DNA of 64,000 nucleotides from Octopus vulgaris. Lineage: Eukaryota. Shown piece by piece: positions 52,346-64,000 of this stretch (positions are counted from its first letter, which is position 1; each line of letters starts with the position of its first letter). The translations under genes were made by a program, and so were the position numbers. The notes under the pieces are model-generated. The model saw only the letters and a list, made by a program, of their open reading frames with translations, had not been told where the DNA came from and did no database searches. The stretch is from contig OX597817.1 of assembly GCA_951406725.2 (NCBI GenBank), positions 4,960,001 through 5,024,000 of the forward strand, in the 5' to 3' direction.

Positions 52346-52743
52346 TATGTGTATGTATGTTAATAGGTATGTAAATATGCGTGCATATATGCCTGTGGGT
52401 GTGTGCGTGCGTGTGTGTGTATTAGTGCGTGTGTATGCGTGTTCATTTAACTAAAAGCAGATCAGGCACGGAAGTACTATAGTACCATTTGAAATATCAA
52501 CCCAAGTAATCAAGTACAGCCGAAAATCATCCACAAGTTATGGGTTCCGCCTGAACGAAATAAATGAATTCATCATCTCATTATACAATGCTCCCGTTAT
52601 TGAGTACTGTTTCTCTCGTTACTTACAATTAACGAATATATATTTATCTGGATATATCTTTTAGTGATAGGAGTGTGTACGCATAAGTACAAACACTCAA
52701 CCACACATACACATACATACAGAACATTTATACACATGAACGA

Positions 52744-52798
<55 letters not shown>

Positions 52799-53879
52799 GG
52801 CATAATTGTTTGTGTGTATATATTACCCTCGTTCTCATCTTTCCCTCTCTTTCTCTTTGTATGTATGTATATGTGTGTGCGTGCGTGATCTGTGTGTGTG
52901 TGTGAGTGTGTGTACACGTGTATTTGAATTAATAAATCATGAAACTTTCTCGAAGCAATGTATGAAAAGAACTAATTTTGTAAGTCTTCCATCGATATAA
53001 CTTGGTGTATTCTAATCCCTAGAAGCACTGATCAAATAACATAGAAACGAATGATTTCACTTCATTAATTTGACAAACTAAAAGGTCACGCGAAAATATT
53101 GTTGGTGCAGATGATTAATATTTCTATTTTTGGCACTACACACACTCACACACATCAACACCAATAAACATACATACATATGTAAGTACGTGTATATATA
53201 TATCATGTGTATATATATTCGTAAGCAATTTAGTGTGTAAATTTTCATTTTAAAATGTTAATTATATAAAACAGTTATATGAAGACGATGATGTTGAACA
53301 GAGAATGTCATCTCTATCCCAAGATTATTGATAGCATCAACGTTCGAACTTTACCTGTTGGACTTATTAAAAAGTCAAACACATTTTAATAATTCTTTAA
53401 AGCACTGCATATCGTATGCGCCTTATAACTTCTCACTTCGTTCCTCTAAAGCATTTCCCACTACATGCTTTATATTTGATATTTATTTTCTGTCCCTTAT
53501 AATATCATGCTGCATTATAATATAAGACCATGGATGCTGTAGATGCAAATGTTATCGCATGTGTAATATCTTGTACAGATGTGTGGTATAGTGATTGCCA
53601 CTTTTATCTTCTAGCTGTAGCTTACTGTCAGAGTGTGAAATTATGACCTTCGATCTGACTCCCTATTCCTTTTCTCTCTCTTACGTCGATCTCCGTATAT
53701 GTGTGTGTGTATATATATGCATATTTGTATATATGTTTAGTTTAAGACTTGTATGCGTTGTTTGCAAAATTGAAGCTGGTCTGTAATAAAAATGGAATTT
53801 TTTTTCGGACGAGATATTAACTTCCGCTATGCCGCTATCAAAAGCAACAGCGTTTGACTTGCCTTCATAACTGAATAAA

Positions 53880-55850
53880 TAATATCATGAATGTATTCAT
53901 TAGATCCTGCTGCTATATTTCTTGAAGTGCTCCGCTAGTATTACTAAATTAAATTTCAAAAGATCATGTGTGTCTTTGTCTGAATTTTCTGAACAAACCT
54001 TCTCAAGGTTAACATTGTAAATAATGTGCTGTGAAATTGGAAGGTTGCTCCCTGCAGACATTTCGGAGCAGCTGGTGTTGCTATCATCCACGTTGCTATG
54101 GCACATTCGATAGTTCCTCTTATAACATAAATGTTTAGTGGTATCTATTTTTCTTTTATATGTATTTCCTGATAAGCAAAAACTTATTCTTCGTTATAGC
54201 ATTTGACGTGCATATCATGGATACAGAATAAGCTCTTCTTCTCAATGTTGCTGGTTATATATTTGTATGTATGTATGTATCTTTGTATGTATGTATATGT
54301 GTATGTGTCTGTGTACTTTTATATATGTATAACATAAAAGAATGAACTTATCAATAATTTTAATACATACTTTACAATTGTTTCATCGTATTTCAATTTA
54401 ATCAAACTCCTTAATACTGTAATTATTCTGGCAAATATCAATCAATTTTTGTAGCAAATGAAGATTAATCAATAATTGTCGGAACGATAACAACATTATA
54501 CAGGATTGATTGTATAGAATTATGACGACACGATTGAAAATGAAATGATAAATGATATGCTAACACCATCCTCACCTGTTTGCCCTTAGAAATACTCTGC
54601 AGAGCAAGAGCCCACGCGAAGAGAGTAAGCGTCGCTGAGGAAGTCACAGATATGTGATGAAATATATCCAGACAATTACATGAATTAGAATAAGAACAGT
54701 AATAAATGAGCGAAGAATGAATATATAGTGCGTGTGATTATTTGGTAAAATAAAAAATGACCATCCCGAAATACAACAGTTTCAACACATGAAGTCACAT
54801 CAGGAATCTTAGAACAGAAATTTGATTTACTACATACATACATACATACATACATACATACATACATACATACATTTATATATATATATATCTTACTCTT
54901 TATGTTATTAAACTTTTAATACTTTTTGATAGTTTATAAAAAAATAAATAAATAAATAAATATAAAAATATAGAAATATAAAAAATATAAAAATATAAAC
55001 AAAATAAAAAATAAAATATAAAAAATAAAAAATGAAAAACATAAAATATAAAAAAAATAGAAAAAAAATAGAAAATAAAAAAATAATAAATAAAAAATAT
55101 TAAATAATTAAATGAAATAATAATAAAATGATATATATATTTATAATTTATAAGTTTAAATTATTAATTTAAATAATTTTTTTAAATTTTTACTTTAATT
55201 TAAATATTTTAATTGGATTTTTATATTTTATATTTTATATTTTTTTATATATTTTTTAATTAATTTTATTTATATATAATGTCTTATGATTTTCACTGTT
55301 TGATTTGCCTAATAGTGGTTTTATCTCTAATTCAATATAATATATATATATATATTTATATATGTATGTATGTATATGTATATACATATATATATATATA
55401 TTTACTTATTTATATTTACATATATGTATGTATATATCTACATTTATATATATGTATGTATGTGTATTTAGCTTGTTTGTGTGTATGTGTGTGTCAGTGT
55501 GTGTAATGTCCGTCTGATATCGTGAGTATTTCTGTAAAGTATTACTGTTGATTACATATGTATTATTTTCATTTCTTTCTAAACTACTTAGTAATTGTTG
55601 CTTGAAAGCTGTTATGCACAACTCCAATAACCGTTTGTTCTAGCCCTATATTTCTGTGCCCACTCTCCACCTCTGGTAGACCTTATCCGTGAAAGCTGTG
55701 TCTGTGCTGGTAAATATGATCCATGTCTTGATATCCAAGTTGTATGTTTCCTCAAATCTCCAGTCAAATATCCGAAAAACTATTACGATCACTAACACTC
55801 TAAATGCTTTACGAGAGGAGAATATGTCTAATGCTTCCCTCCGCATACCT
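53880..55850 (-). mobile_element. Fragments of an R4/Dong-type non-LTR retrotransposon interrupted by AT-rich DNA
   Basis: 55630-55850: KAFRVLVIVIVFRIFDWRFEETYNLDIKT..DKVYQRWRVG (cf. AIN..AVPV..YSF.I.DW...E...LD.KTRK..DRLY..R..GGRGL). 53900-54120: YRMCHSNVDD...SCSEMS...LP, a decayed CCHC region. Confidence 0.45.
54900..55280. repeat. Almost pure A/T low-complexity tract, A-rich half then T-rich half
   Basis: Directly visible strand-skew switch near 55135. Confidence 0.9.
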
Positions 55851-56436
55851 TCCCGAATAAGCGGATGTACAACGTCAACAATCTAGTTTTGTTCGGAAAA
55901 CAATTTTTAATAAATTTCAAGCTTCATCTGAAGTAGAAAATATAGATAGGCAGTCAGATATTCCGTCTCTGAATACCAGGCTTTACACGATTTTTCTTGT
56001 TGAACTATCAAATATGAACAGTAAACCTGACTAAACACCGTTCCTATATCATGTGAGAATGTTGTCAGTAGTTCTGTCTTTTCGTCATATCAATATTACC
56101 TTCACATATCTTAGGATCATTAGCACCAATGCTTAGGTGACATAGATTTCTTTTTCTTTTTTCATTTTGGCAAATTCTAATAAGTAATCTTGGCATTTTC
56201 CTAACAGTGCTGACAAGACGTTCATTGTCAGAATGAACGGCATTGCAGACACGCTATTACACTGGAATAGTTCCACCTATAACATTAATTCATTTGAGTG
56301 TATTTGTTGTCTCCCAATATGATAGTAAGTTATGAGTTCTTTGTTCTAATCACTATTTTCGTGGAATCGTTCAAAGCAGACAGAATTCTTGAATGGTTCA
56401 ATTATTCATGAGTGAAGTCCTGTACCCATATAGGCA

Positions 56437-56492
<56 letters not shown>

Positions 56493-56495
<3 letters not shown>

Positions 56496-56839
56496 AAAAT
56501 AGTAAAAAGTGAAAAAACTACAGGAGGCTTGTTTTAAAAGGTTAAAAAATATATTTCAGTCATTATGTCGGAAGATAGTTATAAATTTTTTTCATACAGT
56601 GACATAATTTTTGAAGAAATTACCGGTTTCGTGTTAACTTTTCAAATTTGAAAAGTTAACGCGAAACCGGTAATTTCTTAAAAAACAATGTCACTGTATG
56701 AAAAAATCTTATAACATTCTTCTGACATAATGACTGAAATATATTTTTTAACCTTTTAAAACAAGCCTTCTGTAGTTTTTTTCACTTTTTACTATTTTCT
56801 ATATATTCAACCACGTGCTTTCACACACCAGCTTTCTCA

Positions 56840-56841
<2 letters not shown>
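56493..56841. mobile_element. Fold-back element in (TA)n with U3:A8 HHR-like motif
   Basis: Inverted repeat 56495-56799 with axis 56646/56647 and a unique 42-bp extension; long (TA)n on both sides. Confidence 0.8.
56644..56676 (+). ncRNA. Putative minimal type I hammerhead ribozyme, U3:A8 core variant (mirror copy on minus strand)
   Basis: Stem I AAAT/ATTT; core TTGAAAA; mini stem II GT-taac-GC; GAA; palindromic stem III ACCGGT; predicted cleavage after A56672. Confidence 0.6.
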
Positions 56842-56884
<43 letters not shown>

Positions 56885-56902
56885 GCAAACACACAAAAAT
56901 AT

Positions 56903-56967
<65 letters not shown>

Positions 56968-58124
56968 CGTATGTATATATGTATATGTATGTATTTATGT
57001 ATATGTATATAAATAGATATATACACACATACCTTTAGGCCGTTCAATTTCTCTCAATCGGTCAATGTACCGATTGACTAAACCAACCCATAACGGAACT
57101 ACAATCACTACTGGAAACAATCGCAAGTCAAATTTTCTGCAATAAAGAAAATTATATGAAAACCATTATTTATACCTTGTCTCATATATATACTTACATC
57201 AATAATATACATGCAAACAGATATATGTATATCACTTATATATATATAAGGCCTTCTCGCTTAGCCAGCGGGGTGGCGTCATTTGAAGGCTAAAACAATG
57301 CGGAGAGCATTGTGACCAGCGATGTGTAGCAACATCTGATAGCCTGGTCGATCACGTGATATATATATATATATCTTATATTTATGTGTGTGTGTGCATG
57401 CATACACCTATACACAGATATTTCCAAATTATCTAGACACAAAATGTTCATCTCTTCTTTTTCCTTTCGATATTCGCTGGTCAAAGAATGGGTTTCCTTC
57501 GAGCTAGTCTGCCATTGTAGCAGTGTTGATGAAGACACCTCACAGAAATACTCCGATTCATACTGTCAACTGAATGAGAATTAATAATACCTCAATAAAT
57601 TTGAGACACCGGATAGTATCCACACAGAGAAAACAGTATAAGGGATGGGTTTTTCTCTACTTCTCAGATGCCTGTATATGTGAGCGTGTATGCGTGTCTG
57701 GGCGTGTGTAGGGAGAAGAGTGCATGCGTGTGTGTATGTATGTATAAACATATTATCATTGTTGTTCTGTTGCTGCCATCGTCGTCGTCGTCGTCATCGT
57801 CGTCGCCGTCATCGTCGTCGACGTCATCGTCATCGTTGTCATCACCACCACCACCACCATCACCACCACCACCATCATCCTCATCATCATCATTCAGTAG
57901 TTTTATTGTTATTACTTGCTTTCACAACACCACCGTATGTAGCTGTGTGTCCCTGGGGGCATATGATTTGGTTTGTTTTAGTGTTGCTGTTGTTTTTTCT
58001 CATACTGAAAGTGTTTTTTTCGTAGGATGTGTGCGGGGCCTAGCAGTGCAATTGTCTGTATGTTACATATATTGGGGAATCGTCGTGTTTTTATTATGTA
58101 TCTGTCTGTATATTGTTCAACCAT

Positions 58125-58520
58125 GACCCTATTATCACAGGGGTTATCTCTACATCGAGTTATTTCTATTTCTATACCTTTGTATTTCGTGAGTTTCTCC
58201 GTTTCTTTTAGATATGCTTTGTCATCTGTCAGGGCCGAAATGTTTAGGAGTAATTTTCTATTCTTGGTGGTCCCTGACAACAATATCTGATGTATTAGAC
58301 ATAATCCCTTCATCTGAGTGTATTGGCATACCCCAGATTATGGTTACTCAGTCATTTTCTGAAATATTTAAGGTATGTAACTATACCATTGCGGGTGCCG
58401 CCGATATGCGAAGTTCTCAGTCTTATCATAAAAAGCATTAGTATTTTGGTCGATAACTGATGAAGAATTAGGGTCGTTCTGTGTTTGTCCTATGTGTACG
58501 CTTTTTAGTATTTGATGCAT
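58125..58520 (-). pseudogene. Restriction-like endonuclease domain remnant of an R4/Dong-type non-LTR element
   Basis: IWGMPIHSDEGIMSNTSDIVVRDHQE (cf. LWD.PI.TD....NRPDIVV) and DD.AYLKETEKLTKYKGIEIEI (cf. KE.EK..KY.DL..EI). Confidence 0.75.
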
Positions 58521-58533
58521 TTTCTATTTATTG

Positions 58534-58669
58534 AGCGCTTTCGTGCGTTTATTGAACTAGTCAAAACAAAATCAAAATTAATTTTGATTTTGTCTTGACG
58601 AGTTCGATAAACGAACGCAAGCGCTAGCAAAGAATTATACAAAATTCTGACTGCCTCCCTTTTCTCAAT
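58534..58669. mobile_element. Short fold-back element with HHR-like motif
   Basis: Palindrome 58534-58625 with axis 58579/58580. Right arm TTGACGA-GTTCG-ataaa-CGAAC-GcA-AGCGCT-A; the left arm preserves GAAAGCGCT. Confidence 0.7.
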
Positions 58670-58712
58670 TTACCATATCTGTACATCACTTCAAACACGC
58701 TATAAATACATA

Positions 58713-58763
<51 letters not shown>

Positions 58764-60736
58764 TAAACGCGTGTGTGTGTTTGTGTGTGTGTCAAGTAGT
58801 GAATAGTGTGTTGTAGCTTAATTACAGATGCCATAATATTGAAAATCTTAGCTAGTTAAACAATAATATATGAGATACGTTACCAATAGTCAATGTTGTA
58901 TTAATTATTCAACTGGGCGGCATAAGAGAGGAATATAATTAGAGAAAGCAATATATAGATAGATATTAGTTAGATATATAGTTAGAAAGTTTAAGAGAAA
59001 ATATTTAATGAAGTAGCCAAACGGTTAAGAAGTGAAGTTCGCCAATACCTCGATCGAGATTTATTCCCAAAGCGTGGTGTCTTGTGTGTCTTTTGCCATA
59101 CCCTCAGTCAATTTAATCCTTGTGAATGGTGCTTGTTGGAATTTAGCGGTCACAGCATATCACATATCCGCCTACAACGTACATTAATGATGGAGATTTC
59201 TGCGAAATATTCAGCTACGTAGACGCTAATTCAACGGATAGGCTGATCTGTTGATATAACAACTGCATACTCATCATCGATACAGACGGAGAACTGTTTA
59301 GGAGGAATTATTTGAGACTACTTTAAGTGTATAACGTCAGATGATTTACCATAAAAAGAAGATAAGAATAAATTAGAATTAAGCCTAGTTGTGGTTGATA
59401 AATTAGTGCTATATCACTCTGATAGGTTTTCCCTAAGAAAACTGTCAGATGATATCTTTCCGAAATTGTGATTAATGCTACATGGTATAGCTAGTAGAAG
59501 TAACGTATGGACGCTGTATAGGAAGAGGGTCATTGTGGAAGATAAGTGCTTAGGTTAGCGATTAGGAATTTAAACACGGGATTTGTATAAGTGACGTTAT
59601 TACTACCAATGTATAATTAAATGATGTAGTTTTTGAGAAACTGGTTTAATACAAGGAGTATGTTACTATGCTAGAAAATAAAACTAAAAGCAAATTAATA
59701 GTCTTTTTTAATAGCAACAGAAATTATAATTGTGATCGCTTACTGCATTGTAAGAATCGCTGATGTAATCTTATATGTTATATGTTACTAATCTATAAAA
59801 TATGTTACTAATCTATAAAATATGTTTTCTAATACTAATAGAAGTGGAGGATGCAAACGCACTGATAGCATTCTGATTCCAGTTTGGTTAAGCTTCTTTA
59901 AATGGGGATGATAATTGGGGTTTCAAAACAGGATGCATACCTGTGAATATTATGGTTTCAGTTTTGGGGAGCATAAAAGTAACTTTTCAGTGTTTTATAG
60001 AACTTGAAATTGAAGAGGTCAAAAAGGTAATAAGGATAGGACAAAATATATAATATTGCATTTATTGTATAAAGTTGTTTGTCAGTTTAATGTGGAAATA
60101 CTGATAGATGAAATTGGTATCGTGTCTGGGAGTGCAATGTCAAATCCGCTGGTATTTATTATGTTATAGATAATATTGTGGACCAACTGTGCCAAACTGT
60201 GGGTCTGGAATTATGTTATATGGGAGTTGACAGAACGAGTAAGGAAAAGCAAATGGAAGGAATTTAAAATAGTTAAAAGTTAGAAATATGTAAAAGTGAT
60301 TATTATTAATGATAAAGTATATGGAGCAGCCACATATCTTCATCAATATCATCATTTCTCTATATCTCTCATATAACACTTCTTTTAATAATACCAACTA
60401 ATATTAATGAATTCCAGAGAGATATCTATTATCTGACATAGTTTTAAATATCACCGAATTATCAAATTCCCCAAGGCTTAAATAATTCTAATTGCTTTTT
60501 ATAATATCGTATTTTTGTTAAATGTAAATTATATAATAATCAAGCTAGTGTCTCATATTTCCTTCTAATGACTTCTTTGATAAACAATTGGGTCGCCCGA
60601 TAGCTATCTTAGCTATCTTATAATATTCTACGAAACATTCATTTTAAAGACAGTAATTTTAAATATAAATAACAGCGTCGCTAATAGTCTTTTAACACCG
60701 CTAATTCTTAAAGGCAAAAGTTTGACACCACTAGCA

Positions 60737-60803
<67 letters not shown>

Positions 60804-60855
60804 CATATACATATATGCATACATACATACATACATACATACATACATACATACA

Positions 60856-60886
<31 letters not shown>

Positions 60887-61539
60887 GAGTTGATTTCGAA
60901 CAATGGGAATGCATGCTCATCACCGCATAGGTGGATGAATGTCCTCTTTTGGGAGAAGGAGGGAGTTAACACAATCTACCAATTGTTTTCCGTAATGACA
61001 ATATATTACCAATTATCAATCTGCTATGCGAGAACGTTGGTAGACGACTCCATCTTGAAGGAGAATACTCAAAGCTACACATGATTGTATGAGATTGTGG
61101 AATCAATAAATAAATAAATGAGAAAACTCATGCACGTACAAATCTATAAATAAAACTCGCACATATGTGCACATGCACGTTTACACGAAACATATGCGCC
61201 CACACTCCCACACTCACACACGCATATAGATTTATAGATACACACACACACCTGCCATTATGCATTGTGCTTGAGTTTGAGTATGTGCATATAATTAAGA
61301 AGCTTTACACATTTTGATAACCAAACTTAGTCCATGGGGATGTGAATTCATAAGCTTGTGTAAATATATAACTTTTCTGTGAATCATGCGATGTCAAGAA
61401 TTTGTACAATGCACATATATCTGTGTAATGAGGGAATCCAGCATAATTTTGTGAGTTTTTGTTTTGCTTAGAGAAGTAATTACCCAAGGTGTGACAAATT
61501 GGGTTGCTGGGGGTTGTCATGCTTTAAATTTTGAAGTAT

Positions 61540-62050
61540 GAATTGTTGCTTGTGCATGAAGGGGTAGAATGTTTCCGCCTCAATGTCTAAAAGATATCCC
61601 TATTGATGTTATGATGTTTAGCTTTCCGATAATGCAGGTTTCATATTTGCTGCTCTGTTTCCTGTATTTTATGGATTTAGTTATAATGCTCCAGTGCATT
61701 TGTGGGTTGCTAACACTTCTTTAAATGTCCATACCATATCGGATAAAGGTCTTGTATGTTTCTTTTTTTTTTGTACTCTGATCGAAGTCAAATGCTTCGC
61801 ATCTCTTTCTTGTAATGTGTTTCCCGTGAATCCAACGTAAGGGTTTCCTGTTCTATTGAGATCCTTAATGCCGGTCGGTTCAAGCACCTATTGTTCATAA
61901 GACAACTGTCCAGAGATCTAAAATTATAAAACCTTTGGAAGATCTTGCTTCTGATGTTGAAAGTTTCATTTTGTTTGAAGATGATCACCCAAAATATTGA
62001 GTAGATAAATATAGCTAACTTTTAGTATCTATGTGAGTGAAGAAAAGTAG
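61540..62050 (-). pseudogene. Penelope-like (Naiad-type) GIY-YIG endonuclease remnant
   Basis: KVSY, CLMNNRCL and PYVGFTGNTLQERDAKHLTSIR....HTRPLSDMVWTFKE (cf. CPL.G.CL...YIG.T...FK.R...H..SF...T.LS..IW.LK). Confidence 0.7.
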
Positions 62051-62219
62051 TTATCTATGAATTTCAGGAGTTTTCTAGTTATGTTCGAGGCTACAATCAT
62101 ATTATGGAGGGAATCGTACCAGAATTTTATAGTATACACCCAACGAGATTTAACAAAACAGATCACACATTGTATTCAGTAGCCACACTAACACCAGTAG
62201 CAAAGTCGTCATGACAGTA

Positions 62220-62810
62220 GAGTGTGCTCCTGGATCTTCAACACTTTCTCATCTAGAGATTTTCGTACTATTATCCTTATCTTTCTCATTTCGCCTGTCC
62301 TCACTTTGAATGTTGGTATCCTCTATGGTCTCTAACCATGATTAGAAATATTGTAAAAATTGAAGTACCCTAGAAATCAATCACGAAAAAGAAGATAGAT
62401 CACATGACAGGTCTTGGTTATTGAGATCGGCTTCAGAAGCTCAAACTATTCTGTACAGTGACGCCATAAACACTCATTAGTATGATGAGGCAACATATTC
62501 CAAAAGCACTGCCCATATGATGTTGGAATTAGATTTTAAATTCATCCAAGGCTTAGTCGCCGTGTCATCTGTCGAATGACATTGCTCTCTTTAACATCAT
62601 GCCAAGACAGATAAGAGAAGAATACGGTATCATAACTTTGAAAAGTTTCTCGGACATATACCTCCAATAAATTCCAGATAAAGCAAATTTGCTAGGATAC
62701 AACTTTGCAAACATTAACACTTTGATCGAATAGGCTATGGGGTACCAAAAACTGACAGTAATATAAACCATCATTAAATGTAATTTCACGGTGGCGGTAG
62801 AGAGGTAGTC
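62220..62810 (+). mobile_element. Degenerate CR1-group LINE 3' region
   Basis: FSSRD..PHFECWYPLWS (cf. RPHLEY..PLWSP), LGY*DRLQKLKLF and LFNIMPRQIR...LQ*IPD. Confidence 0.7.
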
Positions 62811-62963
62811 ACAGACTATATGAATTATGGTAGAAACTTACCTAAATATGCATGCATGTATGTATTTAAGTATGTATGTATGTATGTATGTATGTATGTA
62901 TGTATGTATGTATGTATGTATGTATGTATGTATGTATGTATGCATGTATATATATATATATAC

Positions 62964-63072
<109 letters not shown>

Positions 63073-63075
63073 CAG

Positions 63076-63300
63076 ATGATAGCCGTCCCATCAACACACA
63101 ACACACCTACAGCACAATCCGCTCGTTGATGAGCTCTTAGCTGATTTGTAAGACCAGCTGCTGACTGACAAGGTTTAAAACACAAGTGACAGATATTATT
63201 CAATTTCTTCTATATCTTTGCCCTTGGGAATCTGATTCTGAAAGAATGCTTTCATGAGCTATTATATGACCTCGAACCCACAAGAGTCAACAAGAGAAAC
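63076..63300 (-). mobile_element. RTE-type LINE 3' end fragment
   Basis: ICHLCFKPCQSAAGLTNQLRAH (C..C...C.S..GL..H.R.H motif), then a short tail running into (TCTA)n. Confidence 0.55.
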
Positions 63301-63359
63301 AGAAACAGGCAGAAACAAGGAAAATGCCACTTGTATTTTAACACTATGCAAATATTCTT

Positions 63360-63535
63360 TTAAAAAACCACTCTTTTAATTTTTCCAAAATTCAATTGTT
63401 TTCCATACTTACAGTTGAAAAGTTTCAATGACTAAGACCGGTACTGAAATGTTCTTTAAAAAATGATTTTAGCATTTTCTATCTTGACATTTTTTCCATA
63501 TATATCAACTCGTGTGTTCCTTTTCAACCTTCTAC
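63360..63535 (+). mobile_element. Degenerate U3:A8 HHR-motif element beside a (CA)/(TA) microsatellite
   Basis: cag-TTGAAAA(63415-63421)-gtttcaatgact-aag-ACCGGT-A-ctg; the GAA is mutated. Confidence 0.5.
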
Positions 63536-63587
63536 ACACACATACACACACACATGTATATATATATACATATATACATATATATAT

Positions 63588-64000
63588 GGTGACCGCTGCC
63601 GGATCAACATTGTTCCCGTCTGCCGAAAAGGCAATTTTTCCAAACACGCCTGCTAGATAAGTTAAATGTGTCTAAATTTGTCTAAAGTCGTAAGACACCT
63701 GCTGTTATCCTGTTATTACCATTCTTGTTTTTATTTTTATTTTTGTTTTTGTTTTTTTGTATTTATATTCGTGTGGCTTCGTCCGTTTTTCTGTCTTTGT
63801 TTCGTTTACATTCGATCCTTTTTCTAAGAAATTTTTCATTGGGGCTGGCCGTTTCTGAGCAATATTAGGATTAATCAGCCGAAATTTGCTATGATGATCC
63901 GGTTTCTGACTGAAGATTAAAGGCTCCGAATGACCCGTCCGTTTTTTGTGTTCGTCCCTTTGTGTATTTCATGTTCTTGTTTCTTTATATATAATTTTAT
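63588..64000 (+). mobile_element. (TA)n-flanked repeat, possible PLE pseudo-LTR
   Basis: Begins after (TA)n, T-rich, and contains CTGAAGA(63910-63916)-ttaaaggctcc-GAA. Confidence 0.35.

Noticed and set aside
59380-60600. Possible further PLE RT/thumb fossil on minus strand
   Set aside because: Only a weak NYHP..KKL..RMLS resemblance; needs frameshift-aware alignment.

Overview
AT-rich, microsatellite-saturated eukaryotic DNA with no recognisable intact host gene. The repeat types look like a coleoid cephalopod (octopus-like) genome, which is an inference. Nearly all ORFs in the supplied track are microsatellite translations. The window is a transposon graveyard: mariner/Tc1 pseudogenes and MITEs, a cluster of non-autonomous Helitrons plus a Helitron Pif1-helicase fragment, tRNA-derived SINEs, CR1-, RTE- and R4/Dong-type LINE fragments, and Penelope-like element (PLE) RT and GIY-YIG remnants. 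Bases 8592-21671 are repeated at 21772-34790 across a 100-N gap, most likely an uncollapsed-haplotype artefact. The most interesting signal is a set of sequence-unrelated short elements, mostly in or beside (TA)n tracts. Each carries a minimal hammerhead-ribozyme (HHR)-like core, most with a palindromic stem III. The core 3:8 pair co-varies between families (C:G, U:A, G:C, U.G), and four elements are fold-back palindromes whose axis lies just 5' of the core. A second highlight is an exact Helitron CTAG|TC head-to-tail junction at 44403/44402. All motif calls were made by eye and boundaries of degenerate elements are approximate.
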